Counted from the first letter of the stretch, positions 27,225 to 37,754 are shown. The stretch: DNA of 64,000 nt from Parcubacteria group bacterium (GCA_016204045.1 JACQLQ010000001.1:257792-321791); one strand, 5' to 3'. The notes: a model not told the origin generated them from the sequence alone. A program made the numbers and translations.

Positions 27225-27840
27225 GGAACCAATGGATTACAACACGGGAGAGAAGCGCACCTCTAAAGGAGCTCTTTTTATCTCATTTATCGTAGGTATC
27301 GTCGTGGGAGTAGGTGGTTATTGGAGTGTAGACGAGAAAGGTTTTCTCGGTGATTTCTTGGCTCAACGCGAAGAAGTGGGAGAGGGGGTCGAAACTAGCC
27401 AGGAGAATGGAGGAGGTGATACGGTTGGAGATATTTTAAAGAATGCACGTCAGGCAGAACAAACTGCAGGACTTGTACAACCTGCCGTAGTCTCCGAGAA
27501 CAACGCACTTGTTGTCACAAACCAAAGCGCAGGCAACACTGTCCTCGTATCACTCGTTTCTCTCGAGCAGAGCGGTTGGGTAGCGGTACATGAGCAAACC
27601 CCCGAAGGGAACCTCGGTAACATCTTGGGCGCGCGTCGCTTTGACGCCGGAAAGCAGTTCGGACAATCAATCGCGCTACTTCGTGGCACGGAAGCAGGCA
27701 AGGTATACCAGGTGGTGCTTCACGCAGACGATGCGGATAACGTGTTTGATTTTAGATTGGAGCTTCCAGTAACTACTGCTGGGGGCGAAGGCATTGCGGC
27801 AGTCTTTACAGCGACAGCCGTTGAAGAAGTAGCATACTAA
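27223..27840 (+). CDS. Membrane-anchored extracellular protein
   Basis: N-terminal TM; Q.AG..V.V..V...GWVAVHE...ILGA...L.R...LHADD beta-rich domain. Confidence 0.8.
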   Translation: MEPMDYNTGEKRTSKGALFISFIVGIVVGVGGYWSVDEKGFLGDFLAQREEVGEGVETSQENGGGDTVGDILKNARQAEQTAGLVQPAVVSENNALVVTNQSAGNTVLVSLVSLEQSGWVAVHEQTPEGNLGNILGARRFDAGKQFGQSIALLRGTEAGKVYQVVLHADDADNVFDFRLELPVTTAGGEGIAAVFTATAVEEVAY

Positions 27841-27879
27841 ATAGCACCAATTAAAAACACCCGCATGAGGCGGGTGTTT

Positions 27880-29085
27880 TTAATTGGTGCTCGTGTGCGC
27901 CGGGCTTCTCATGAGTGCGGCGTTGAGTGCTCCGAAAAGCAGGATGCCCGCCAAGATAAAAAAGAGTAAACGTGCGTCAAAAAAGAGGAGGAGCACTGAT
28001 GCCGAGAGCGGGCCCGCAATAGCTGAAATCGGACGCATATCACGGAAGATGCTTATGATACTTGTGTCGGAGGCTGTAACTCGTTTGAAAAAATAACTTT
28101 CCGAAGTAATCTCGACAAAACTCATTCCAACACGAGTGCCAAAGAGACACAGTGCCCACAAAAGAAGCGAGGGCTCTCTAAGCAACACGAGAGTAGCCGT
28201 GAAGAACGCGGCAATCAAAAATCCCAGGAACATGACCCGCCTCTCTGCATTTTTCGAATCTACATAACGACCTACGGGGATTTCGAAGAGCACGAAGGGG
28301 AGGAGCATTATAGTGAGAATGATACCGATTTCGCCCCACGAGAACCCAATGTAGTCGTGCAAATAGATGGGTGTGTAGATTACCATCCACGAATAAAAGA
28401 AGTTCATCAAAAAACTCGCAATACCGGCATGACGGATGTCGTCTTTTGGGTGTTTTGCTAGAAGCGTTTTTTTGAGTGCGGCAAACAGTGAAATATCTTG
28501 ATAGACAGGGTCCTTAAAGTTGTGAAAATGGCGAGCGATAATCCACCACGTCGGGAGGGTGAAGAACGCGGCGGCGAGATACACTTTGGAGAAATCCCCG
28601 TTAGCGAGGAGATACCCCGCGACCAGAGGGCCAAGAAGAATGGCGAAGTTCAAAACAGTAAGCATGACACCCCGCAATGCCCCGGTAATACGCTCCTCGG
28701 AGTACTGTTCGATGAAGACATCGATGTTAAAGAGCGATATGGTAACAAACCCTTGGTAGACAATAAAGAGGGGAATGACAGCGCTTGACTCCGGCCATAC
28801 GGCAATTGCCACGAGCGCGAAGAACTCAAGCCCCAGGAGCGCAAGGGTTGTTTGGTAGTTCCCGAGTGTCGGAAGTACTTTGGGTGTGTATACCAAAGCA
28901 AAAAGCGAGGCAACCGAAGCCGCAATATATACAAAACCGACAAAACTCTCCGGGAGGAAGTTTTTGAGGAATGACGAGGTAATATAGAGCGTAAGACCAA
29001 GCTGGAAAGAAAAAAAGAAAAGTGCGGCGTAGAGAAAGTACAGCTTGGAGAACTTTTTAGGGAAGAGCCTCTGCATCACCCTCAT
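27880..29085 (-). CDS. MFS transporter
   Basis: About 12 TM helices in two halves; 401 aa. Confidence 0.88.
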   Translation of the reverse strand: MRVMQRLFPKKFSKLYFLYAALFFFSFQLGLTLYITSSFLKNFLPESFVGFVYIAASVASLFALVYTPKVLPTLGNYQTTLALLGLEFFALVAIAVWPESSAVIPLFIVYQGFVTISLFNIDVFIEQYSEERITGALRGVMLTVLNFAILLGPLVAGYLLANGDFSKVYLAAAFFTLPTWWIIARHFHNFKDPVYQDISLFAALKKTLLAKHPKDDIRHAGIASFLMNFFYSWMVIYTPIYLHDYIGFSWGEIGIILTIMLLPFVLFEIPVGRYVDSKNAERRVMFLGFLIAAFFTATLVLLREPSLLLWALCLFGTRVGMSFVEITSESYFFKRVTASDTSIISIFRDMRPISAIAGPLSASVLLLFFDARLLFFILAGILLFGALNAALMRSPAHTSTN

Positions 29086-31088
29086 TATATTCCAAGTATG
29101 ACAGGGATGACAATCGGGCGTTTGTTAGTTTTCTGGAAGAGATATTTCGATACCTCGTCAGTCAAGATGCCCTTAAGGTAGTCGAAGTTCACCGGGTGCA
29201 TTGCGCCAACCTCCTTCTCAACCGTTTTCTTTACAAGCGTGCGAGCATTTGAGAGCAGTTCTTGAGACTCGCGAAGGTATACGAACCCACGTGAGATGAT
29301 GTCTGGTGATTTGCGGAGCTTTCCTGTAGTAACGTCCAAAGTTACCACGAGGACAAACATGCCGTCTTGAGCAAGCATTTGTCGGTCTCGAAGCACAACC
29401 TCCTGTATGTCGCCGATTGAGAAGCCGTCCACAAGGACCATTCCGCGAGGGGCCATTTCTTTAAGACGGACTATTTTCTCGCCTCCGTTCTGTATTTCAA
29501 TGATAGCGCCGTTGTCAGGGATTATGACGCGGTCTTCGGGCATCCCGACTCTCTGCGCGAGTTTTCCATGCACATGAAGCATGTAGTGGTAGCCGTGAAT
29601 CGGAATAAAGAACCGTGGTTTTACATGTTTGTGGATCCATTCAAGTTCACCCTGGTTCGCATGCCCACTTGAGTGCACGTCGGAGACTTGATAATGGACA
29701 ATGTTTGCGCCCTGCCGTGCAAGGTTGTCTTTAAGTTTTTGTACAGCGAGCTCATTTCCAGGGATGATAGAGGACGAGAGAACAATCGTATCTCGTTTTG
29801 AGAGGCGAATGTACTTGTGACCCTTGTTTGCAACACGCATGAGAACCGCGTGCTCGTCTCCCTGCGCACCGGTCACAAGAATAACAATTTTTTCTGGAGA
29901 ATAATCATCCATGGCATCAATGGGGACGATTGTTCCTTTCTGCGGCTTCAAAATGCCCGCTTCCGTTGCTATCTCAACGTTTTGCTTCATGCTCCGTCCG
30001 TCGATAATGATTTTCTTGTTGTATTTCTCGGTAATCTCTATGATTTTTGCGATACGCTCTATCTGAGAGGCAAACGTGCCGATGATAAGACGGCCTCGCG
30101 CATTCTTGATGATGTCCTCCATCGTCTTAAAGACGGCTGATTCTGGGATAGACCACCCCGGCTTCTCAACGTTGGTTGAGTCTGCGAGCAATGCAAGGAC
30201 CTTTTCTTTTGCAAATATGCCGAATTCCTCATCCTCTTTCTTGGATGGCGTACCGTCTTTATGTTCAAGCTTTAAGTCACCTGTGTGCACAATGACACCG
30301 TGGGGGGTTTCAATGATGACTCCAGCAGCGTCCGGTATTGTATGTGTTACCGCAAAGAAACGCACACGAAAGCCGCCCAAGATAAGGTTCTCGTCTCCTT
30401 TGATCTCATTCAAATTAAGTGGCGGTAGTTCCGGGAATTCACCTTGCCGTTTCTTCACCATAAGCAAGGTCAAGAGCCGGGTGTAGATAGGCGGATTTCC
30501 AATGCGCGGCATGATGTAGGGGATACCACCAATGTGGTCGAGGTGTCCGTGCGTGATAATCACTCCTCGGATCTTTTCTTTTCTCTCCTCGAGGTATCGT
30601 GTATTGGGGAGAATGTAGTCGATACCCGGTGTCTCTTCGGCTTGGAACTGGATGCCACAGTCAACAATGAGGATGTCATCCCCGTATTCAAAAGCCGTCA
30701 TGTTGCGGCCAACCTCTTCAACCCCTCCCAACGGAATGATTCGAATAGAATCCTTGGCGAGGGGTGGGATTATCTCCTCTCCCGGCCTTCGTTCTTTTGT
30801 TGGGTGCCCACCCTTGGGGGCGTCTCTCCATACGGCATTGCCGCTTTGTCTCTGGCGGCTACGTCCTCCATGGGACTTATGGCCTCCGCCACTCTTGCCA
30901 CCTCCGTGGTATGGTTTGCGTCGTCCTCCGCCTCGGCTCTGCCCAGGCGAGGCTGGTCCTCCTGTTTTTCTTTCAGCAGACTGATGCGGCCGCCAACGCG
31001 ACCCTCGTTCTCCTCCCTCTTTCTTTGGTGCGCGGTCCACTTGTCGTCCGTGCGATGCTTGTTTTTTGTCGTCCATGATTGTAGCCAC
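29085..31088 (-). CDS. rnj: Ribonuclease J
   Basis: PLGGVEEVGRN, THGHLDHIG, HTGD, DSTN and HSSGHA motifs. Confidence 0.97.
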   Translation of the reverse strand: MATIMDDKKQASHGRQVDRAPKKEGGERGSRWRPHQSAERKTGGPASPGQSRGGGRRKPYHGGGKSGGGHKSHGGRSRQRQSGNAVWRDAPKGGHPTKERRPGEEIIPPLAKDSIRIIPLGGVEEVGRNMTAFEYGDDILIVDCGIQFQAEETPGIDYILPNTRYLEERKEKIRGVIITHGHLDHIGGIPYIMPRIGNPPIYTRLLTLLMVKKRQGEFPELPPLNLNEIKGDENLILGGFRVRFFAVTHTIPDAAGVIIETPHGVIVHTGDLKLEHKDGTPSKKEDEEFGIFAKEKVLALLADSTNVEKPGWSIPESAVFKTMEDIIKNARGRLIIGTFASQIERIAKIIEITEKYNKKIIIDGRSMKQNVEIATEAGILKPQKGTIVPIDAMDDYSPEKIVILVTGAQGDEHAVLMRVANKGHKYIRLSKRDTIVLSSSIIPGNELAVQKLKDNLARQGANIVHYQVSDVHSSGHANQGELEWIHKHVKPRFFIPIHGYHYMLHVHGKLAQRVGMPEDRVIIPDNGAIIEIQNGGEKIVRLKEMAPRGMVLVDGFSIGDIQEVVLRDRQMLAQDGMFVLVVTLDVTTGKLRKSPDIISRGFVYLRESQELLSNARTLVKKTVEKEVGAMHPVNFDYLKGILTDEVSKYLFQKTNKRPIVIPVILGI

Positions 31089-31134
31089 TCGTTCGTAGCT
31101 TTTAGAGAAATTTTAATCTCTTATCTATTTGTAA

Positions 31135-32910
31135 TTACTTGAAAAATACCCACTCTCTATTAGTTTCTATGAACCACTGATGTATGTTAATGAATCGCTC
31201 TGACGGCAAGGCGATCGTGCCTCGCTCCACTCCTTGTATCCGCTCCGGCAATATGTAGATAAAGTCTGGGGAATAGATGAACACTGCGGGGGAGTCCGAT
31301 GCAATTTCTTTTTGGAACTTTTCGTATGCTTCTGCGCGTTTCTCAATATCCGTTGTCGAACGAGCTCCTTCGAGCAGTTTGTCCACAGTGATGTTTGTAT
31401 AGAGTGCAATGTTTAGTCCAGGATCGTTTCTTTGTGAGGAGTGCCAGAAGGGGAATGGGTCTGATTCTCTGCCGATGACTTCTCCAAAGAAAAGTGTGTC
31501 ATAGGTGCGCGGTCGTATAACATTTTGGTTGAGCTCGTTCACGGGGAGTGTCTGGATGATGACATCCGCTCCGAGCCCCCTCCATTCGCTCTGAAGTGCT
31601 TTTGCGGTGAGGAGGAGCTCCTCCGCATTTGACGTTGCGAGTGAAAAAGCAAGCGCTTGCCCCTTTCGTTTACGAATGCCCGTCTCTTTATCGAGTACCC
31701 ATCCGTTCTTTTCGAGAAGCGCTATGGCGGCTTCCACATCCCCTGAGCTTTCCTCGGTAGGAGCTATATAACCGAGAGCCCCCGGCGGGAGCGGCCCCTC
31801 AAGTGGCGTGCCATAGCCATGAAGCACATTATCTACCAGTTTCTTCTTGTCGAGCGCCATTTCGAGAGCCTGCCGCACCGCTTTTTGGGTGAAGATTTCA
31901 TTTTTGTTGTGATTGAAAAAGACTCCGAAGACACGGGGGAGGAGGAAGTTTAATATGCGATAGCCCTCTTCTCTAAGTTTTGCCGCCTCAAATGTAGGTA
32001 TTGCAGAGACTGCCTCAACACCTCCCTTGCGCAGTGCCACAAGCAAATGTTCCTCGTCTGGATAAAAGTTGATATGAATCTTTGCAATATACGGTATCCC
32101 AAGCGCAAAGTGCTTGAACGGTGCGAGTTCGTAATACTTAGGAATCCCAGCCGAGTCGCGCTTAATTTTCTCGACACGATATGGTCCCGAACCAATTGGG
32201 TTTATGTTGTACAACGAGAAGGCAAATTGCTCCGGTGTGATCTTTTCCCAAACGTGTTTTGGCAGTATCCCGAGTGTCGTGTTCTCAAGGAATGGAGCAT
32301 AGGGCTGTTTCAGCGTAAAGACAACTGTCTTATTATCCGTTTTTGCAACATCAACACCTTCCCAGTTTGCAAGCTTGGGGCTTTTGAGCGTGCTGTCTTG
32401 AACTTTTTTGATAGTAAAAACGACATCATCCGCCGTCACTGGCTTGCCATCATGCCAGCGAAGGGCGTCTCGCAATACAAATGTATATGAGAGCCCATCA
32501 GGAGAAACAATATAGTTTTCTGCAAGGTCATTCACCAGTGTCCCGTCTGTGGTTGGGCGAAGGAGGCCCGAATAGACGAGTGCTGTGATATCGCGATCTG
32601 CGTCTGACGTGGCAAGTAGCGGATTCAAAAAGCGCGGTGTACCAACAACTCCTTCAGTGAAGGAGCCGCCACGCGCGGGGACTATTTCGATGAACATCGC
32701 ATTCACGGTAAGCAGTGTACCGAGGACTCCCACGACAAATAGGAGGACAAGCCCGAAGAATACTCGGCGCTCATGGGTACCAAGCGAAAGAATAATCAGC
32801 CGCACATAACGTACGGAAGCCTTAACTTTTTCGCGGAACCCAGGTGTTTCCGGCGTGGAATCACTGCTCTTCTCTGATTCGTTTGTAGTATTTTCGAGAG
32901 GAGAAATCAC
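31135..32910 (-). CDS. ABC transporter peptide-binding protein (family 5), membrane-anchored
   Basis: LNPLLA, YTFVLR..WHDG.PVTADDVVFT and PIGSGPY motifs. Confidence 0.92.
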   Translation of the reverse strand: MISPLENTTNESEKSSDSTPETPGFREKVKASVRYVRLIILSLGTHERRVFFGLVLLFVVGVLGTLLTVNAMFIEIVPARGGSFTEGVVGTPRFLNPLLATSDADRDITALVYSGLLRPTTDGTLVNDLAENYIVSPDGLSYTFVLRDALRWHDGKPVTADDVVFTIKKVQDSTLKSPKLANWEGVDVAKTDNKTVVFTLKQPYAPFLENTTLGILPKHVWEKITPEQFAFSLYNINPIGSGPYRVEKIKRDSAGIPKYYELAPFKHFALGIPYIAKIHINFYPDEEHLLVALRKGGVEAVSAIPTFEAAKLREEGYRILNFLLPRVFGVFFNHNKNEIFTQKAVRQALEMALDKKKLVDNVLHGYGTPLEGPLPPGALGYIAPTEESSGDVEAAIALLEKNGWVLDKETGIRKRKGQALAFSLATSNAEELLLTAKALQSEWRGLGADVIIQTLPVNELNQNVIRPRTYDTLFFGEVIGRESDPFPFWHSSQRNDPGLNIALYTNITVDKLLEGARSTTDIEKRAEAYEKFQKEIASDSPAVFIYSPDFIYILPERIQGVERGTIALPSERFINIHQWFIETNREWVFFK

Positions 32911-32979
32911 AAAAGATAGGCACTAGGTTTTGGTCGCCGATGTTAGGCGAGTTCGTCCCTATGAGCTAGTCGCTAAACT

Positions 32980-33207
32980 CTAAATAAGGAGAGTGACAAA
33001 CGCTGTAATTGCAAAAAGAATACCAAGGATAATTGTTGCAAGGAAGAAAACGCGCTCTGCACCACGCCTTGTGTGGAAGCCGCCTGCGTCTGCCCCACCG
33101 AATGCTCCACCTAAACTGGCTCCAGTTTGCTGGAGTAAGATTGCTGCGACGAGGAGCACTGAAAGCACGATTTGGATCCAAGGAAGGACCGATACAAGCA
33201 ATTCCAT
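32980..33207 (-). CDS. secG: Preprotein translocase subunit SecG
   Basis: ILLQQ.G..LGGAFGG...TRRGAE; two TM helices. Confidence 0.92.
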   Translation of the reverse strand: MELLVSVLPWIQIVLSVLLVAAILLQQTGASLGGAFGGADAGGFHTRRGAERVFFLATIILGILFAITAFVTLLI

Positions 33208-33425
33208 GTAATTCCCACTCTAGCGTACTATTGCGACGGAGTCAACTACCCAGCAAACATGCCCGAAAGCCCTCTAATACAAGGGGCTATGTGGCAGTAG
33301 CTTTTTTGCAATTTGCGTGTTACAATTTGCCCACGAAGTGGGTTATGTATAACAAAGAGCGGCTTTGTCGCCTTGTTTTCTAAGGTGGTGAGGACGTAGC
33401 AAAAAGAACTTAATTTTTTAAAACT

Positions 33426-33734
33426 ATGAGTACAAAAAAACCAAAAGAGATTATCCCCTTGGGGGACAGGGTTCTCATTGAGCCCCTCGAAGATGAGAAG
33501 AGGACGGACTCGGGTATTATTATTCCCGATACTGCAAAGGGAGAGCGACCTCAGATGGGCAAGGTTGTAGCAGTCGGCGAAGGCAAGAGAAATGATAATG
33601 GCGACCTTGTGCCCATGACAGTCAAGAAGGGCAACGTTGTCCTTTTCTCGAAATACGGTCCTGATGAAATAAAGGTTGAGGGGGAGGAGTTTCTCATTAC
33701 CAGCGAATCCAATATCTTGGCTATCATCAAATAA
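33426..33734 (+). CDS. groES: Co-chaperonin GroES
   Basis: [17 protein letters not shown] and VVAVGEG motifs. Confidence 0.97.
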   Translation: MSTKKPKEIIPLGDRVLIEPLEDEKRTDSGIIIPDTAKGERPQMGKVVAVGEGKRNDNGDLVPMTVKKGNVVLFSKYGPDEIKVEGEEFLITSESNILAIIK

Positions 33735-33737
33735 CGT

Positions 33738-35384
33738 ATGGCAAAACGAATTCTCTTTAACGAAGAAGCGCGCAGCGCCTTGAGGCGCGGAGTAGATATT
33801 GCCGGAGACGCTGTCCGGATAACCTTGGGCCCGCGGGGGAGGAACGTCATTTTTGACAAAGGCTTTGGCGCACCCACCATCACGAACGACGGTGTTTCTA
33901 TAGCAAAAGAAATCGAGCTCAAGGACAAGTTTGAGAACATGGGTGCAGAGATTGCGAAAGAGGTTGCGAACAAAACGAACGATGTCGCCGGTGACGGCAC
34001 CACGACGTCCGTCGTGCTTCTCCAGGCAATGGTCTCTGAAGGCTTTCGCAAGATTGCAATGGGCTTAAACCCCATGGCGACACGCGCGGGTATTGAGCGT
34101 GCACTCGCGGATGTCGTCGCGGCGCTTCACACCATTGCGACACCGATCAAGGGTCGCACAGAGATCGAACATGTCGCGACCATCTCTGCGGAGTCCGAAG
34201 AGATCGGCAAGAAGATCGCTGAGACATTCGAGAAGGTTGGCGAAGACGGCGTCGTGACCGTCGAGGAATCGCAGTCATTTGGCGTCGAGTCAGAAGTTGC
34301 ACTAGGGCTCGAGTTCGACAAAGGGTATGTTTCTCCGTACATGATTACAAACACGGAACGCATGGAAGCGGAATACCGCGAGGTCTCGATACTTATTACC
34401 GACAAAAAGATTGCAAGCGTGCAAGAAATCTTACCGCTTCTTGAAAAGCTGGCGCAGAGTGGCAAAAAGGAGCTCGTCATTATTGCTGATGATGTGGAGG
34501 GCGAGGCGCTCACCACCTTCGTCGTGAACAAACTACGCGGCGCCTTTAGTATACTCGCGGTCAAGGCTCCTGGCTACGGCGACCGCAAGAAAGAGATGCT
34601 CCAGGACATTGCAACTACGACGGGTGGACAGGTCATCTCTGAAGATCGAGGTGTCAAACTTGAAAATGCGGAAGTAAAGATGCTCGGCAAGGCGGGGAGA
34701 GTTGTCGCGACCAAGGAGTCCACCCTCATCGTCAATGGCAAGGGGAAGAAGTCTGACATCGATGAACGCGTAGCACAACTGAGGCGTCAACTTGAACAAA
34801 CAGATTCTAAATTTGATAAAGAAAAAATCCAAGAACGTATCGGCAAACTTTCAGGAGGGGTGGCCGTGATTCGTGTTGGGGCCGCAACTGAGACCGAGAT
34901 GAAGTATAAGAAATTGAAGATTGAAGATGCGGTGAACGCTACTCGTGCCGCTATTAAAGAAGGTGTTGTGCCTGGGGGTGGCACCGCATTGGTTAAGGTG
35001 CTCGAGAAACTCGAAGGCAAGAAAAGCCTTGAGAGTCTTTCAGAAGAAGAGCGCGCTGGCTACGAGATCGTCCTTCGCTCGCTTTCGATGCCTCTTCGCC
35101 AGATTGCTGTTAATGCCGGAAAGGGTGATGGTTCACTCATTGTGCATGAAGTACGAAAGGGCAAGGGTAACGCAGGTTATGATGCAAAGAAGGACCAGGT
35201 GATCCCAGACATGATTGCGGCAGGTATCATTGACCCTGTTAAAGTGACCCGGAGCGCTATTGAAAACGCAGCCTCTGCGGCGGGTATCCTCCTCACGACT
35301 GAAGCAGCGATCGCTGAAGAGCCAAAAGAAGAGAAAGGCGATAATGGCGCCGGAATGGGAGGCGGTATGCCAGGAATGATGTAG
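33738..35384 (+). CDS. groEL: Chaperonin GroEL
   Basis: TLGPRGRNV, AGDGTTT and GGM-rich tail. Confidence 0.99.
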   Translation: MAKRILFNEEARSALRRGVDIAGDAVRITLGPRGRNVIFDKGFGAPTITNDGVSIAKEIELKDKFENMGAEIAKEVANKTNDVAGDGTTTSVVLLQAMVSEGFRKIAMGLNPMATRAGIERALADVVAALHTIATPIKGRTEIEHVATISAESEEIGKKIAETFEKVGEDGVVTVEESQSFGVESEVALGLEFDKGYVSPYMITNTERMEAEYREVSILITDKKIASVQEILPLLEKLAQSGKKELVIIADDVEGEALTTFVVNKLRGAFSILAVKAPGYGDRKKEMLQDIATTTGGQVISEDRGVKLENAEVKMLGKAGRVVATKESTLIVNGKGKKSDIDERVAQLRRQLEQTDSKFDKEKIQERIGKLSGGVAVIRVGAATETEMKYKKLKIEDAVNATRAAIKEGVVPGGGTALVKVLEKLEGKKSLESLSEEERAGYEIVLRSLSMPLRQIAVNAGKGDGSLIVHEVRKGKGNAGYDAKKDQVIPDMIAAGIIDPVKVTRSAIENAASAAGILLTTEAAIAEEPKEEKGDNGAGMGGGMPGMM

Positions 35385-35415
35385 TGACACCCACCTATAA
35401 ATGTCGCAAAAGAAC

Positions 35416-35445
35416 AAAAACCCCGCGCCTTGCGCGGGGTTTTTG
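35416..35445 (+). terminator. Terminator after groEL
   Basis: AAAAACCCCGCGC-CTT-GCGCGGGGTTTTT. Confidence 0.85.
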
Positions 35446-35504
35446 TTGGGTGAGTTGTATGCTACTATTGATCGTATCTTACTAACTAACCATCAGTTAG
35501 CACC

Positions 35505-36131
35505 ATGTCTCAATTTTGGAATATCATCTTTGCACTTGTTGTACTAGCCCTCCTTGCAAGTGGCTTCTTCGATTTTATCGAATGGAAATTCAACCTCATC
35601 GCGATTGCAGTGGCCGCAGTCTTTTGGTTCGTCGCAATTTACAACAGCTTTGTCGCGCTCGTAAACCGTGCCAAAGAGGCATGGGCGGACATTGACGTGC
35701 AGTTGAAGCGCCGCTATGATCTGATCCCGAATTTGGTGAACGCTGTGAAGGGGTATATGACACATGAACGCGCGACCCTAGAGAAGGTGACAGAAGCCCG
35801 GGCGCAAGCGCTTGCGGCACAGACAGTGGGGGAGCACAACAAAGCAGATAACATGCTCTCGGATGCGCTCAAGTCGCTCTTTGCCGTTTCTGAAAATTAC
35901 CCGGATCTCAAAGCGAGCCAGAACTTTCTTGAGCTCCAACGCGAGCTCTCCGACACAGAGAACAAGATTCAAGCGGCGCGACGATTCTACAATACGAATG
36001 TGCGCGACCTTAACACAGCAATCGACTCGTTTCCGTACAATATCTTTGCTGGAGTCTTTGGCTTCAAGCCGCGCGACTTCTTCGAACTTGGAGAGGCAGG
36101 AGCGCGCGAGCCGGTGAATGTGAACTTTTAG
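35505..36131 (+). CDS. lemA: LemA family protein
   Basis: IDVQLKRRYDLIPNLV and ENYPDLKA motifs. Confidence 0.95.
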   Translation: MSQFWNIIFALVVLALLASGFFDFIEWKFNLIAIAVAAVFWFVAIYNSFVALVNRAKEAWADIDVQLKRRYDLIPNLVNAVKGYMTHERATLEKVTEARAQALAAQTVGEHNKADNMLSDALKSLFAVSENYPDLKASQNFLELQRELSDTENKIQAARRFYNTNVRDLNTAIDSFPYNIFAGVFGFKPRDFFELGEAGAREPVNVNF

Positions 36132-36174
36132 CTACTAGAGTGCAATAAAAAAATCCCTATTGGGGGATTTTGCG

Positions 36175-36384
36175 CTAGCGCCTCGGCGCTTCGTAGATAC
36201 AGAGACCAACAAGAAACATGATGCCCAAGAATGTGAACGGGATGTCCCAAACTCTATTGAACGCCTGAAAGGCATTGGGTAGATCAGTATTCCAGAACCT
36301 ATTTAGCAAAAGATCGCTTATCGGGTAGAGGAAAAATCCAGCGAGGCAGACAAGAAAGGTGACCTTCAACAGACGCGCGAGCAT
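36175..36384 (-). CDS. Small two-TM membrane protein
   Basis: Hydrophobic; start directly follows the stop of the upstream small ORF. Confidence 0.55.
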   Translation of the reverse strand: MLARLLKVTFLVCLAGFFLYPISDLLLNRFWNTDLPNAFQAFNRVWDIPFTFLGIMFLVGLCIYEAPRR

Positions 36385-36618
36385 TTAGGAGTACTTGTCT
36401 AGACGTTCCCAGTTTTTTGTGACAAATCCGATTGCGCCCACGAGAGCGGCTATGAGGAGACCTGGAATCAGGAGGAGACTTGGTCCGAAGATGCCCAACG
36501 CACCCAAAGGTATCATCAGGAGAAAGAGACCCAAAGACCCGAAGCAAATAACGAGGAACGTTAGATCCAGACCATCAAAAGACACGTCACGATAAGAGGG
36601 TTTCGTCTGCGTTACCAT
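36385..36618 (-). CDS. Small two-TM membrane protein
   Basis: SD GAGGA before ATG 36618; hydrophobic. Confidence 0.6.
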   Translation of the reverse strand: MVTQTKPSYRDVSFDGLDLTFLVICFGSLGLFLLMIPLGALGIFGPSLLLIPGLLIAALVGAIGFVTKNWERLDKYS

Positions 36619-36723
36619 CGCTATTCCTCGCATTTGTTCTAAAAACAATTTACCACAACTATTTGAAATACGCAAGCCCCCCAATTGTTTAATTCCTAAT
36701 TGCTAATCCCTAGTGGCTATATT

Positions 36724-37617
36724 ATGGCTTCCATTTACACCCACAAAGATGCAAATATCAGGAAAACATGGCTTCTTATGCTAGGGTTTTTGATCGTGGT
36801 TATTCTCATTGGCTGGGGGTTTAGCTGGTACATGGGAGACGCCGTCGTCCTGTATGTCGCAGTTGCATTAGCTCTCGGCATGAATGTCAGCGCCTACTGG
36901 TGGTCCGATAAGCTTGTGATCAAGATGACAGGGGCTCACCCGATAACCCGCGATTCACATCGCGAACTCTGGAATGTTGTCGAGAATCTCTCCATCACCG
37001 CGGGGCTCCCAATGCCGAAGGTCTATGTGGTGGATGATCCGGCGCCGAACGCATTTGCGACAGGAAGGAACCCCAAACACGCAGTCGTTGCTGCGACGAC
37101 GGGGCTCTTGCAGATCCTGAACAAGACAGAACTCGAAGGTGTCATTGCGCATGAGCTTTCGCATATCGGTAACCGGGACATGTTTGTTTCAACGGTCGCA
37201 GTCGTTCTCGTTGGTTTCATTGCAATCCTCGCAGACATCTTTCTTCGCATGATGTATTTTGGTGGAGGTCATGACCGCGACTCTCGCGCCGGCGTTGCTT
37301 TTTTACTATTGGGACTTGTCGCTGCAATCTTGGCTCCCATCGCAGCGCAACTCATTCACTTGGCTATTTCTCGCAAGCGCGAGTTTTTAGCGGACGCTTC
37401 GGGGGCACTATTAACCCGTTACCCGGAAGGACTTGCCACTGCTTTGGAGAAGATTGCGGTGCATGGAATGGAAATGAGGAAGACGAGCCACGCGACCGCC
37501 CACCTTTTTATTGCCAATCCGTTTGGTTCGAATGGGAGGGGAATGCACTGGGTTAACAAGCTGTTTAGCTCACACCCTGATCCCAAAGAGCGCGTTCGGA
37601 TCTTGCGCGGGCTTTAG
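36724..37617 (+). CDS. htpX: Zinc metalloprotease HtpX (M48)
   Basis: PNAFATGRNP, HELSH, SRKREFLAD and SSHP motifs. Confidence 0.95.
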   Translation: MASIYTHKDANIRKTWLLMLGFLIVVILIGWGFSWYMGDAVVLYVAVALALGMNVSAYWWSDKLVIKMTGAHPITRDSHRELWNVVENLSITAGLPMPKVYVVDDPAPNAFATGRNPKHAVVAATTGLLQILNKTELEGVIAHELSHIGNRDMFVSTVAVVLVGFIAILADIFLRMMYFGGGHDRDSRAGVAFLLLGLVAAILAPIAAQLIHLAISRKREFLADASGALLTRYPEGLATALEKIAVHGMEMRKTSHATAHLFIANPFGSNGRGMHWVNKLFSSHPDPKERVRILRGL

Positions 37618-37754
37618 GAGTATTTTAATATTTCGCTCAAAAAAGTTTAAAAAGCACTTAATTCTCAAGTGTTTTTTAGTGTATCGCTATCTATTGACTT
37701 TTGCTACCAATTTGCTATAATTAAGGGGAAACGAATTGGAGGAGATCTTTCATC

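Noticed and set aside
33300-33425. CIRCE element upstream of groES
   Set aside because: No TTAGCACTC-N9-GAGTGCTAA match
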